Source: Candidatus Heimdallarchaeota archaeon
GTDB taxonomy: Archaea > Asgardarchaeota > Heimdallarchaeia > JABLTI01
Direction of reading: 5' to 3'
Length of the DNA: 64,000 nt
Assembly (NCBI GenBank): GCA_018238155.1
Contig: JABCTZ010000036.1
Location: 288,001-352,000 of the forward strand
The notes beneath the pieces are model-generated. The model had not been told where the DNA came from. It did no database searches and saw nothing but the letters and a program-made list of their open reading frames with translations. Each line of letters opens with the position of its first letter. The first letter of the stretch is position 1. A program made the translations under genes and the position numbers. Positions 19,064 to 29,404 of the stretch are shown here, piece by piece.

Positions 19064-19389
19064 GAAGTGAATTTCTCCTCAAGTAATTTCTCCAAATCTG
19101 AGAAAGTTTCAGCCAAAGTTTCTTTGATAAGCTCCTCTTCACTATTAACTTTTTCAGGTTCAACATTACGAATAATATCAACACTAATTTGTAGATTTTT
19201 AGTCGAATTATCAATATCAATAACTATATCATAAAAATCAACTTTAGACTCTGGAACTCTCTTGTGAAGATTGCTTCGCGCAAGCTCGTATATCTCTTCA
19301 GAGATTTTTTCTATATCTTCTTCAGAGAGTTTCTTAAGACCTAAATTGGTAATCTTGTCAGATTGATTTTCTTCATTCAAAGAGATCAA
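19060..19389 (-). CDS. DUF3194-like archaeal protein
   Basis: Acidic 109 aa (GLKKLSEEDIEKI...YDIVIDI) between prefoldin beta and DHH, a common archaeal gene order. Confidence 0.65.
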   Translation of the reverse strand: MISLNEENQSDKITNLGLKKLSEEDIEKISEEIYELARSNLHKRVPESKVDFYDIVIDIDNSTKNLQISVDIIRNVEPEKVNSEEELIKETLAETFSDLEKLLEEKFTS

Positions 19390-19413
19390 ACCAAATATTG
19401 TATTAATTTAATA

Positions 19414-19782
19414 CTATTTTTGTTCAGTTCCTAAAGCAGCTTTGATGGTAACTTCTAATTCATCAAATTGTTTTTTGAGTTTTTCATTACTTTTTTCAGA
19501 TAATTTGATTCTCGTATTTGCAAGCTCTTTCTGATCAGTAAGCTTTTCTTTGGATTCCTTAATGGTACTTTTAACCATTAACCGACCAATACTTCGATAA
19601 CAAATTTCAGCATCAGGCATTTCATCAATCTCTTTGAGAGCTTTCTCAATTTCGATTTGTTCAATTTTTAATGCTTGAATTTGTTGTTGGAAAACTGACA
19701 TCTTTTGTTGGATGGCTTGATATTGTTTTATTTTCTCTTCTAATTGTGGACTTAATCCTTTAGACATAGTTTGTTTCTCCAA
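19414..19782 (-). CDS. pfdB: prefoldin subunit beta
   Basis: LSPQLE..I.QYQ.IQQ coiled coil, central YRSIGRLMVK hairpin. Confidence 0.93.
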   Translation of the reverse strand: MEKQTMSKGLSPQLEEKIKQYQAIQQKMSVFQQQIQALKIEQIEIEKALKEIDEMPDAEICYRSIGRLMVKSTIKESKEKLTDQKELANTRIKLSEKSNEKLKKQFDELEVTIKAALGTEQK

Positions 19783-19957
19783 AATTGAGCGTAATATTTG
19801 AACATCGTTGAGAGTATTTAAAGAAACTTTCGATTGAGTCTATAAAGAAGGGAGTAAAATTATTAACAACGATATTTGGAATGTTTTAAATAAAGGAAAA
19901 TACCAATCTAAATAACGGTATTAAAATAAATTACTATTTTAAAGGAGAAAAAATCAA

Positions 19958-20746
19958 ATGTCTTATTGTCCGTCATGTGGTGCAGAAATTGGGGACCATT
20001 TAGAATATTGTCCTAGTTGTGGAGCTCAAATCAATGCAGAAAATAAAGCTAAAATGGCACAACTTGATCATGATGAAATTCAAATGGCAAAGCCAGGTCA
20101 TGCTCAATTCCAACAAGAATTACCTCGATTGGTTCAGAGAAATTACCTTGTTTGGTTTCTATTGACAATTCTTACTGGATTTATTGGTTTAGTATACATT
20201 TATTTTGTATTTGATGATTTAAAAAATCTTGATAAATATCCTAAACCTGCAGGAGTGAAATCAACAGCTATCAATCAAAACACAATAATAATCGTTATTA
20301 TTCTTTATCTATTGGGTTTGAGTGTTATTGCAAATTATATCATAAATGGTAAAAAATATGGTATGTTCAATGATTACCTTGATACACACCCTCAAAAACA
20401 AATGAATTTACCATCTAAGAATTATATTAAATTAATGATATTTCGTGACATTATACAATTTATTGGATATGGCTTTCTATTAGCTGGTTTCTTTATTTTA
20501 TATGCATCTGCATTTGAAAGTGCAGGGGGATATATTTCAATTACAAATATTGGTCCTTTAAGTTCACTAATGGCGTTAAGTGCCAATATATTGGCAATCG
20601 TTTTCTTTAGCTTGGGTTCTATATTCTATATTCCTGGGCTAATAATAGCAATTTATATGATTGTATTGGATTTCAGATGGCAAGAAGCAATGAATGAACG
20701 TGTAAGAATCATTGATCCAAATTTCATTACGAAGGATTTCTTGTAA
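19958..20746 (+). CDS. zinc-ribbon membrane protein, tandem copy 1 (DUF4234-like)
   Basis: CPSCG...CPSCG, then 4-5 TMs, C-terminal WQEAMN. Confidence 0.8.
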   Translation: MSYCPSCGAEIGDHLEYCPSCGAQINAENKAKMAQLDHDEIQMAKPGHAQFQQELPRLVQRNYLVWFLLTILTGFIGLVYIYFVFDDLKNLDKYPKPAGVKSTAINQNTIIIVIILYLLGLSVIANYIINGKKYGMFNDYLDTHPQKQMNLPSKNYIKLMIFRDIIQFIGYGFLLAGFFILYASAFESAGGYISITNIGPLSSLMALSANILAIVFFSLGSIFYIPGLIIAIYMIVLDFRWQEAMNERVRIIDPNFITKDFL

Positions 20747-20985
20747 AGAAATCACTTTTATCTTTTTTTTATTATGAGACTCTTATACTCACTGAGCAAT
20801 ATGTGAAATTGTCTACAATAATAATTCAAAATAACCTTTAAACAGAAATTGATGATCTTGATAATCATTGAAAGATTTTCACAACTGAAAAAGTATTTTA
20901 CCTTTCAATTTGTAACACTTTAAATAGTAGAAAATACAATATCAAATTTAGGTTGAAAATTAATATTGAGGAGATACAAAATTAA

Positions 20986-21750
20986 ATGACTTATTGTCCG
21001 TCGTGTGGCGCAGAAATTGGGGACCATTTAGAATATTGTCCTAGTTGTGGAGCTCAAATCAATGCAGAAGATAAAAACAAAATACCAAAACCTGGTCATG
21101 ATGAAATTCAAATGGCAAAGTCAGGTCATGCTCAATTCCAACAAGAATTACCTCAACTAGTCCAAAGAAATTATTTAATTTGGTTTCTATTATCGTATTT
21201 AACGGGTGTTGTTATGTTCATTTACATGTACTTTGTATTTGATGATTTAAATAAACTCGATAAATATCCAAAACCAGCAGGTGTTAAATCAACATATCTG
21301 GACCAAAATACTGTGATACTGTATATTGTGCTCTATTTTCTAGGCTTTGGAATTATTGCAAATTATCTTGTCAATAGTAAAAAGTATGGTATGTTCAATG
21401 ATTATCTTGATACTCACCCTCAAAAACAAAATAAATTACCATCCAAGAAATACATCAAATTGATGATAGTTCGCGATATTTTAGGTTTCTTAATGAGTGG
21501 AGTTGGAATGGTCTTTTATTTTATTTTCCTTATAGGGTTTGATATGCTGAACATTGGATCTGGTATACCTACATTTTCAAATGCCATGTTAATAATGTCA
21601 ATCATTGCAATTGTCTTAACTGGTATATGTTTTGTTGCTGTCATGATAATAGCAATTTATCTGATTGTATTGGATTTCAGATGGCAAGAAGCAATGAATG
21701 AACGTGTAAGAATCATTGATCCAAATTTCATTAAGAAGGATTTCTTATAA
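20986..21750 (+). CDS. zinc-ribbon membrane protein, tandem copy 2
   Basis: Paralog of 19958..20746 with the same architecture. Confidence 0.8.
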   Translation: MTYCPSCGAEIGDHLEYCPSCGAQINAEDKNKIPKPGHDEIQMAKSGHAQFQQELPQLVQRNYLIWFLLSYLTGVVMFIYMYFVFDDLNKLDKYPKPAGVKSTYLDQNTVILYIVLYFLGFGIIANYLVNSKKYGMFNDYLDTHPQKQNKLPSKKYIKLMIVRDILGFLMSGVGMVFYFIFLIGFDMLNIGSGIPTFSNAMLIMSIIAIVLTGICFVAVMIIAIYLIVLDFRWQEAMNERVRIIDPNFIKKDFL

Positions 21751-21872
21751 GAAATCATCTTTATCTTTTTTTTAAACAAAATATAAGCAGCTTTTTTTCC
21801 AAGTGAATCTAGAATATTACCTTACGTTAATAAAAACAAGAATCTTTTGAGAATGAGAATCCGTGATTAAAA

Positions 21873-22877
21873 ATGATGAATGTAAATATAATGAAACTAA
21901 TTATCGATCCATATGAGAGTGGAAAAGAAACTTTTGCTCATCAGATGGCGAGATTTTGGAATTATAAAGAAAAAACGCTAAAACTATTAAATACAAGCTC
22001 CAATTTTGTGTTTGATTTGAAAGAAAATAATTCCGAACGTATTTTACGAATAAGTCATCAAACAGAACGTACATTAGAACTCGTTCAAGCAGAGCTTGAT
22101 TTCATTTTATATCTCGATTCCCAGAAAATACCTGTAGCAAAACCAATCCCTTCGAATAATGGAAAAAATGTGGAACAACTTCAAACTGAACATGGCACTT
22201 TCAATGGAGTAGTTTTTGAGAAAATACCCGGAGATTACATTGATCTTGAAGATATGGAAGAATGGCAAATGAAGGATTGGGGGAAAATGATGGCAAGAAT
22301 GCATAATCTTTCCCTTAGCTATACGGCTCATCCTGAGAGAAGAAGGCGATTCTTCAACGAAGATATTGATCATTGGAAGAAGTGGATACCAGAAACTGAA
22401 ATTCGGTTCAAAACAAAGATAGATGAATTGAAGATTTGGGTTAAGAAGTTAGCAGAAAATGAAAATCAATTTGGATTGATCCATTATGATATGTCTTATG
22501 ACAATTTTATTTGGAGTGGAAAAGAATTATCAATAATTGATTTCGATGATTCAGCATATTATCCATTCGAAGCAGATATTGCTTTTGCAATAGATGAAAT
22601 CCAAACAATGAAAAATGGTACTGGCGAAAGAATATTTGATGCTTTTATTGAGGGATATTTATCCCAAAGAAAACTAAGAGATACTTGGAAACAAGAGATG
22701 GAACAATTCTTTGTTCTAGAAAATTTTCTAAAATACGCAAGAATGAGACGAGCCTATAATAACGTACAATTTGAAAATCTTCTGCCTTGGAGTGAAGAAA
22801 TGTATAAGCGACATATGGTATGGTTTACAAAAAAAGAAATTAAATTAGATGCTTTATTAACAAAAAAAAAAAATTGA
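21873..22877 (+). CDS. APH/choline-kinase-like phosphotransferase (YerI/type II homoserine kinase-like)
   Basis: SSNFVF, ILRIS, GLIHYDMSYDN, IIDFDD. Confidence 0.88.
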   Translation: MMNVNIMKLIIDPYESGKETFAHQMARFWNYKEKTLKLLNTSSNFVFDLKENNSERILRISHQTERTLELVQAELDFILYLDSQKIPVAKPIPSNNGKNVEQLQTEHGTFNGVVFEKIPGDYIDLEDMEEWQMKDWGKMMARMHNLSLSYTAHPERRRRFFNEDIDHWKKWIPETEIRFKTKIDELKIWVKKLAENENQFGLIHYDMSYDNFIWSGKELSIIDFDDSAYYPFEADIAFAIDEIQTMKNGTGERIFDAFIEGYLSQRKLRDTWKQEMEQFFVLENFLKYARMRRAYNNVQFENLLPWSEEMYKRHMVWFTKKEIKLDALLTKKKN

Positions 22878-22896
22878 GCGCTGTTTCTGAAAGAAG

Positions 22897-23694
22897 CTAC
22901 TTCCCTACAACAGCTTTTTTTGCTTTCTCTTTCTTTTTGCTTGTTCTCTTTTTATCTTTGTTCTCCTTTTTATGTAATAATTCTGGCGCTAAATTCAATA
23001 GTATTTCATTGTGTAATTTGTAAACAGAAGAATACAACTCCAGTAAAGATCCATTCAAAGCTAATACAAGATATGCAAAAGTAAAAATTAGTACAATGTT
23101 AAATGTATCTCCTCCACCATACATTATTGAATTCATAAACACTTCAACCCAGCCGATAATAAAACCGAATAGAGCAATTATTGGTAATGAAATTAATGGT
23201 GTCAATAGAAGCTTAGTTGGATACCCATCCTTGCTTATTTTATTGAATGCTAAACTTATAAAAATAAGCCCTATTGAAATAAACACAAAACACGTCAAAT
23301 CCTTGGCAATCAAAGTGCTGAAATAAAACTCGCTACCAACTATAAAGATTAGTGATATAACTGTAGTGAGAATATAATAACCAATATAGATGCCTATGAA
23401 AATATGGGCAAATCTTAAAGGCGATTTTTTTCTTCTATCAATTTTATCTCGAAGCTCATCAATTCCAAAAAATAACATAAATAACGCAGGAATATTGATG
23501 AATAAACAGATTAATTCAATAAACCAAATAGCTACTCCTGCTCCTTCATAACCAACTAATAAAAGGAGTGTTAATACAGTTGAAATTAGCTGTATACTTG
23601 TGGTTATCATTAGCATTTGAACGCTTAATTTAGTCTGTTGAATCCTCTTCACGAATTTCATATTATCGTTATCAAAATTATAACTTGTTGCCAT
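22897..23694 (-). CDS. hypothetical polytopic membrane protein
   Basis: About 6 TMs and a basic tail; start set at MATSY (ORF track starts at 23739). Confidence 0.7.
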   Translation of the reverse strand: MATSYNFDNDNMKFVKRIQQTKLSVQMLMITTSIQLISTVLTLLLLVGYEGAGVAIWFIELICLFINIPALFMLFFGIDELRDKIDRRKKSPLRFAHIFIGIYIGYYILTTVISLIFIVGSEFYFSTLIAKDLTCFVFISIGLIFISLAFNKISKDGYPTKLLLTPLISLPIIALFGFIIGWVEVFMNSIMYGGGDTFNIVLIFTFAYLVLALNGSLLELYSSVYKLHNEILLNLAPELLHKKENKDKKRTSKKKEKAKKAVVGK

Positions 23695-23737
23695 GAAATG
23701 TTCCCAACAATATATTAAAATGATTACATATTTATAC

Positions 23738-23762
23738 ATATCTTAATCTTAGATTGAGATAT
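23738..23762. promoter_or_regulatory. 12-bp imperfect inverted repeat next to a minus-strand TATA-like box
   Basis: ATATCTTAATCT-T-AGATTGAGATAT (1 mismatch); TATAAATA on the minus strand at 23729-23736. Confidence 0.4.
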
Positions 23763-23935
23763 TGATTAGAATATAATAGAAAGAAGTATCTTATCTCAAT
23801 CCTGAGATGCAATTTGTATAGAAAAAAACTTATTCTAGAAAATAACAAATACTATAAATCTGAAACAAATACTGCTATAAAGTGTTATTAGAAGATAAGC
23901 AAAGAAGACGTAGATAAAAAAAGAAGGTTAAAAAA

Positions 23936-24769
23936 GTGGCAAAAAAAGACTCATTTACTGTTGAACCTTTTCCTCGGTTTCGTGAGATAGTCATTGAATC
24001 GGTAAAAGCTGGGAAAAAGATGAATCATGTTACCGGAATGCCTATTTATGATGTGACAAAGGCTCGAGAGCTTATGCAAAAATATAAAGAAAAAAATAAG
24101 GAATCAGTGTCTTTTACAGCATTCATAATACATTGTCTGGGAAAAGCAGTAAGTGAATACAAACAAATACATGGGATACGAAAAGGTAGACGAAAAGTGA
24201 TTATTTTTGATGATATCAATATTCGGTTGAACATCGAAAAAGAAATAGATGGGAAAAAAACAGCGGTAATACATATTATTCGTAAAGCCAATAAGAAAAG
24301 TTTACGAGAAATACATGATGAAATCCGAAGAGCTCAAGGAGCAAAGGGTTACGCAAAAAAGGAAGTAGTCTCCCAAAAACAAAAAAAATCTCGCAAAGGT
24401 CAAAATAAGCTAATCTCTCTACCCAAATTTCTCAGAAGAATTGTTTGGTGGAAATTAAAACATGACCCATTCTTTATTCAGAAAAATTTAGGTACTGTCA
24501 GTGTAACCACTTTAGGAACGATGTTTAAGAAAGGTAGAGGTGGATATGCTATTACAGTTAGTCCACAGACATTGAGTATAGTAATAGGTGCAATAGAAGA
24601 AAGACCTGGAGTTGTAAATAAAAAAATCGAAATCAGAGAATACCTTTACTTAACTGTGTTGCTTAATCATGATGTAGTTGATGGAGCTGTAGCTGCAAGG
24701 TTTCTTGCTAGATTGGGTGATTTAATAGAAGAAGGATATGGATTATCTACTATCGAAGTTAAAAAATGA
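23936..24769 (+). CDS. stand-alone 2-oxoacid dehydrogenase E2-like acyltransferase catalytic domain
   Basis: SFTAFII, GTVSVTTLG, HDVVDGAVAARF (HxxxDG); no lipoyl domain. Confidence 0.88.
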   Translation: MAKKDSFTVEPFPRFREIVIESVKAGKKMNHVTGMPIYDVTKARELMQKYKEKNKESVSFTAFIIHCLGKAVSEYKQIHGIRKGRRKVIIFDDINIRLNIEKEIDGKKTAVIHIIRKANKKSLREIHDEIRRAQGAKGYAKKEVVSQKQKKSRKGQNKLISLPKFLRRIVWWKLKHDPFFIQKNLGTVSVTTLGTMFKKGRGGYAITVSPQTLSIVIGAIEERPGVVNKKIEIREYLYLTVLLNHDVVDGAVAARFLARLGDLIEEGYGLSTIEVKK

Positions 24770-24872
24770 AAAGCGATATGGGAAATTCCCATACATATTT
24801 CTTTTTAATCGCTTATATCACGATGAGATTGCTCTGTTTGTGGTAGAAGTATCTGATTTTCAACTAAGAAGA

Positions 24873-25697
24873 TTATTTGATTCTATTAAGAAATCCTAAA
24901 ATCACTTCATAGAAGATAGTTGGATTCTGATTCATCATTGCATGCCCTGCATTTGGAATATAACTAATAGGAAATTTCTTTGCCAATTTTTGTTCTGAAC
25001 TAAATTTCCCTTTATTATTTCCACCAAACATCACCAAAGTGGGTAAATCCAAATTTATAAGACGTTCAAATAAACGTCCACTTCTAGATTCTTTAACAAG
25101 ATCTAATGATGACTTATAGCTTGAAATTGGTCCTGCTTTTGCAAAAGATTTTGCATAGAGAAGATCGTAACCTTCTGCCATCTCTTCTAAACTATTTAGA
25201 ACAGTTGCAAAGCCAATGTGTTTCCATTCAGCTAAAGTATACTGTTCAATTATAGATAGAGAGAAGAAACAATCATTTTCATCCAAATTTCCTTCTGCAT
25301 AGATAATTCCTTTAATTTTGCTACCAAATATTTCTGCAAGAAAAACTCCTATAGGTCCACCCATTGAATGACACACGAGTATATAATCATCTGCTAATTC
25401 TAGTTTTCCAATTAGTTTTTGCAGTACCTTTGCTTGTGTATGCATTGAATATGTAAAAGTGGTTGGTGTTGTAGAGTCATAATGCCCAACTAAATCTACT
25501 GCAAGTAAACCATATTCTTTCAAGAGGTGATTGCTAAATGTTTCCAAAAAATCATTTTTGCTACTACCAAGTCCGTGGATAAAAATTAACGTTAAACCAT
25601 TGTTTGATTTACGATAATAATAACTCATCTGAATTCTAGAATCGATGTGCATTGTCAAGGATTGCATATTATCACCTGTGTGTATTTCAAGAATCAT
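24873..25697 (-). CDS. alpha/beta hydrolase
   Basis: FIHGLG, DLVGH, CHSMGG, AGH. Confidence 0.9.
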   Translation of the reverse strand: MILEIHTGDNMQSLTMHIDSRIQMSYYYRKSNNGLTLIFIHGLGSSKNDFLETFSNHLLKEYGLLAVDLVGHYDSTTPTTFTYSMHTQAKVLQKLIGKLELADDYILVCHSMGGPIGVFLAEIFGSKIKGIIYAEGNLDENDCFFSLSIIEQYTLAEWKHIGFATVLNSLEEMAEGYDLLYAKSFAKAGPISSYKSSLDLVKESRSGRLFERLINLDLPTLVMFGGNNKGKFSSEQKLAKKFPISYIPNAGHAMMNQNPTIFYEVILGFLNRIK

Positions 25698-25706
25698 TTT
25701 CTTCTC

Positions 25707-26642
25707 TTACTGGTTTGATTTAACAATTGTCAAATAGTTTGTTGTTGTTTTAAAGTCTAATTTTTTATAAAGTTTGTAAGCGGTAGTATTTTCCAAAGTT
25801 ACTGCTAAACCGATTTTTTTGTACCCTTTTTTAGTACACTCTGCAATTACTTTATTCGTAAGAGCCTTTCCTAATCCTTTGCGTTGATGATATGGAGATA
25901 CTGAAATTTCCGCAATGAAAGCAATCTCAGAGCTGGGTGAAATTATGAAGCTTAAACCAATAAGTCTGTTCTCAAAAATTATTTGAGGATTAATATTAAT
26001 ATCTAAATCTGTAAAATCATTTGAAATTTTACTAAAAATCTCCTTACTTTTTTCCGGTTCCAACATTTCCGGATAAATATATGTGTCTGAATGTTCTTTA
26101 GGATTTGCTTCTTTCATCAGTTGAAAAATTTCATCAATTCTTTCCATAGAAAATGGTTCAAAGGAATAGTTTTCCGGGAGTACAATAGGTAAAGATTGTT
26201 TTTTATGCAAATCTCGCATCATCTGAACTCTAGGGTAAACTCTAAAACCATCATTCTTCAAGGAATTTTCTAGAGATGATTCGAAATTTGCCGGCAAAGT
26301 TATTGTTTGTCTAAAATGTTTGAAACCCATTTCAAAAATTTTGTTTGTAAAAGTAGAAATCAATTTGTAGCCACAGTTTTCTAAATCGAATCCATCTCGA
26401 ATATAAAACCCTGTTGTTTCAACAATTTCTCTTTCGATATTACCAGCTAAAAACCCAATAGGATTACTATTGTGAAATGCAATAAAGATTATTCTCTTTT
26501 TCTCTTTGATTTTTTCAATTAAATCAGAAATGAGTTGCTCTATTTTTTTTTCATTTATCAACTTGAATGTTCTTTCAAGATATTCAGTAAATAAATCCAA
26601 AATATCGTTAATAGTTTCTCTTTGTTCAATAATTACCGTCAT
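25707..26642 (-). CDS. tandem GNAT N-acetyltransferase
   Basis: C-terminal VSPYHQRKGLG...N..AYKLYKKLDF; degenerate N-terminal GNAT. Confidence 0.88.
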   Translation of the reverse strand: MTVIIEQRETINDILDLFTEYLERTFKLINEKKIEQLISDLIEKIKEKKRIIFIAFHNSNPIGFLAGNIEREIVETTGFYIRDGFDLENCGYKLISTFTNKIFEMGFKHFRQTITLPANFESSLENSLKNDGFRVYPRVQMMRDLHKKQSLPIVLPENYSFEPFSMERIDEIFQLMKEANPKEHSDTYIYPEMLEPEKSKEIFSKISNDFTDLDININPQIIFENRLIGLSFIISPSSEIAFIAEISVSPYHQRKGLGKALTNKVIAECTKKGYKKIGLAVTLENTTAYKLYKKLDFKTTTNYLTIVKSNQ

Positions 26643-26790
26643 TTTTCAATCGAAATGGGGAAACGGTAGTATATTCTTAAAATTATTGGCAAGATAGGTA
26701 AAACTGGGGGGAATTCTTATTTTCAATAAAATCAAATATGAGTTTGTTTTATTTTAATAAATAAGTCAAATTTAACTGGAGAAAAATAAA

Positions 26791-27681
26791 ATGAACAAAG
26801 TGGGACTCATCGCTGATTCATCCTGTGATTTACCATTAGAAATCATTGGACAATATGATATTGATATTGTACCTGTTTCAATGTATTTTCCTAAAGAAAC
26901 AAGGACGCAATATATTGATATTACAACAGAAGAATTCTTTGAAAAATTAGTAGACGAAGATTTACATTGTACCACTGGTGTACCTCCTCCAAAAAGATAC
27001 ATAACAGCAATAAATTCTGCTTTAAGTAAAAATGAACAAATAATTATGTTACATCTTTCAAAGGATTTGAGCGGAATCTGGTCTAGTGGAGTTGTTCATG
27101 CAAAAAACATTGCTCCTGAAAGAATAACTGTTGTAGATGTAAGAACAACAACCAATGCATTTGGGTTAGTTGTGCTAAAAGTGGCAAGATTGATCAAAGC
27201 AGGTTTTTCTAAAGAAAAAATTTTGCTTATTCTAAATAAAGAGATTATTCCTAATATTCAGTTAAGCGCTTTTGTTGGGACATTAAAATATTTAAAACGT
27301 TCAGGAAGAATTGCAAGCCTTCAACACATTCTCGGTGAAATTTTCAAATTTAAACCTTTAATAATAATTGAGGATGGTAAACTGGAGTCACCAACAAAAG
27401 TTCGAGGAGAAAAAGCTTCTTTTAAATTTTTGGAAAAATTGGGTCGAAAATTAACTCAAGTGTTGCCAGATAATGAAACGTTAGTTGTAATCCATTCTCG
27501 AAACATCTCGAGAGCAAAAGAATTAACAAATATATTGCGGACTTTGAACAAGAAAAGAATTGAAATTTTAACATGGGAAATCGGTCCAGCAATAGGAGTA
27601 CATGTTGGACCTGGTGCATTAGGATTAACTTGGGTGGGAAAACCTACAAATGAATTATTAGAAAAAAGAACAAAAAAGTAA
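26791..27681 (+). CDS. degV: DegV/FakB fatty-acid-binding protein
   Basis: ADSSCDLP, LS..LSG, L.YLKRSGRI, FKPLI, IGVHVGPGALG. Confidence 0.93.
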   Translation: MNKVGLIADSSCDLPLEIIGQYDIDIVPVSMYFPKETRTQYIDITTEEFFEKLVDEDLHCTTGVPPPKRYITAINSALSKNEQIIMLHLSKDLSGIWSSGVVHAKNIAPERITVVDVRTTTNAFGLVVLKVARLIKAGFSKEKILLILNKEIIPNIQLSAFVGTLKYLKRSGRIASLQHILGEIFKFKPLIIIEDGKLESPTKVRGEKASFKFLEKLGRKLTQVLPDNETLVVIHSRNISRAKELTNILRTLNKKRIEILTWEIGPAIGVHVGPGALGLTWVGKPTNELLEKRTKK

Positions 27682-27731
27682 AAACCTAAAAGAAGTGAAG
27701 AATAGAATAAGAAAATTGGAATTCGTCCTGA

Positions 27732-28709
27732 TTAGATCGTTGATTTGATATATCGCTGAATTTCCTTTATTACATTTTGTTTCTCAGGTCCAAAAAGAAT
27801 CGTGTGATGGCTATCTGGAGCAAAAAAATCTTCTTTGATTTTACTATTCACTTGGTTGCGGATTTTTTCTGCATTGTATAAAGGAACACGGGCATCTTTA
27901 CCTGCAGTAATAGTTAGTATAGGTGCAGTTACTTTATGAATTTCCTCTCGAGCAATTTCCATTAATTCAAGAAGATTTTCAACTGCTTTGAGTGAAGAAA
28001 TGCGATAATTGAGCATTTTGTGTTTTTCCATCAAAGCAACTTCCTCTTTTCTTCGGGGAAAATATTTCAGTAAATCAGCAATTAAAAAAATATAATCTTG
28101 CATGAAATATTCAACTTTCACAGGAGCACACATAGTAACAATTGCATCAACAGGTTCGTTTGCAGCTAAAAGAAGTGACAAAGTTGCTCCCATCGAGTGA
28201 CCTACTAGAATAATCTTTGAACAAACCCGTTTCAGAAGATCATATCCCTCTTTAAATGACTTGTACCAATCTATCATATCAGTTTGTGCAAGATCTCCCG
28301 GGCTTGTTCCGTGACCTGCTAATAGCACTGCAAAGGTTGTGTATCCATTTTCTTTATTTAGGATCTGACCTAATTCTTCCATTTCTTGTGCAGTTGAACT
28401 AAAACCATGAGAAAGTAAAACACCAATTTCATTTCCTTGATTAAAAAATGGCCCTGCATTGTCACGCACACTACGTTCAACTTTGCTTGGGGCAAGATTA
28501 TCAATTACTGCAAATATAGATTGCATAGATGATGATGACGAAAAAGAGGAACTAGCATCTTTTCTTAAGAAATTGATAGTGAACGAATTAAACCAAGAAA
28601 ACATTTCTTTGTACGGAGATAGTACTTGCAAAGCGATTTCTCGATAGGAGATGTTTTTCTTCTTTTCTTTTGTTCCTTTAGTTTCTGCTAAAGATTGTTT
28701 TGAACTCAT
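27732..28709 (-). CDS. carboxylesterase/monoacylglycerol lipase (YvaK/Est30-like) with N-terminal extension
   Basis: GVLLSHGF, LAGHGT, GHSMG, D..V, SHH. Confidence 0.88.
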   Translation of the reverse strand: MSSKQSLAETKGTKEKKKNISYREIALQVLSPYKEMFSWFNSFTINFLRKDASSSFSSSSSMQSIFAVIDNLAPSKVERSVRDNAGPFFNQGNEIGVLLSHGFSSTAQEMEELGQILNKENGYTTFAVLLAGHGTSPGDLAQTDMIDWYKSFKEGYDLLKRVCSKIILVGHSMGATLSLLLAANEPVDAIVTMCAPVKVEYFMQDYIFLIADLLKYFPRRKEEVALMEKHKMLNYRISSLKAVENLLELMEIAREEIHKVTAPILTITAGKDARVPLYNAEKIRNQVNSKIKEDFFAPDSHHTILFGPEKQNVIKEIQRYIKSTI

Positions 28710-28735
28710 TTAATTAACACCAACAAAAAAATAAG

Positions 28736-29287
28736 TCATTTTTCTTGATCCGATTGTTCATCCATTTCTTGCTGCTTCATTTCTTCGACAGCCTTTCTGA
28801 ATTTATCAATTGGTTTATCCTTCTTGCGACCAAATTTAGTGACAATGGGAATTAATACTCCAAAAGTTAGTAAAGCTGCGATTGGAATTGTTGCCCAATC
28901 TAATTTTAATAAACCATTATTTGATGGAAAAGCTAAATCAAGTGCTAACAGAAGAACACTTGTACCTACCATCAATATTGGTCCAATAATCCAAGCAATT
29001 TCAGGTCGTTTGAAGATAATGAAGCTAACAACATATGCAAAAATTAATCCTCCAATTGGCCACCAAGCCCAATCGATATATAAAAAGGAATTATTTGGTA
29101 AAGTTACTATATCAATTACCAGTAAGAAAATACAAATTAAGACAATATTTAGTGGAGTTACCCACCATTTAAATTTTGGAATTCTATCCCAAAGTGTTCT
29201 TCTTCTTGAAGAACCTTCAATTGTTTCTTCTTTGCTTTGAAAAGAATTTTCCTCAATCTTGGGAGCTTTTGTATTCTTGTTGTTCAC
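28736..29287 (-). CDS. membrane protein with two internal 2TM-like repeats
   Basis: LLVIDIVTLPNNSFLYIDWAWWPIGGL and LLALDLAFPSNNGLLKLDWATIPIAAL. Confidence 0.7.
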   Translation of the reverse strand: MNNKNTKAPKIEENSFQSKEETIEGSSRRRTLWDRIPKFKWWVTPLNIVLICIFLLVIDIVTLPNNSFLYIDWAWWPIGGLIFAYVVSFIIFKRPEIAWIIGPILMVGTSVLLLALDLAFPSNNGLLKLDWATIPIAALLTFGVLIPIVTKFGRKKDKPIDKFRKAVEEMKQQEMDEQSDQEK

Positions 29288-29404
29288 AGTTGTTTCTTCC
29301 TTCTTGTGAAAAGTTTACCACTAGCTATTTATTTGTTTAGAAATAAAAGTCTAATTAATTGTTTCTGAATAAAGAAAAAAATTGCTAAACAAGTTAAAAA
29401 GAAA

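Larger units (their letters stand above)
19958..21773 (+). repeat. tandem gene duplication with identical terminal blocks
   Basis: 60-nt identity 19982-20041 = 21010-21069; 72-nt identity 20658-20729 = 21662-21733; similar upstream regions and T-tract terminators. Confidence 0.9.

Noticed and set aside
19958-21750. Diversity-generating retroelement TR/VR pair
   Set aside because: No reverse transcriptase in the window; both copies are full genes and the differences are not adenine-specific
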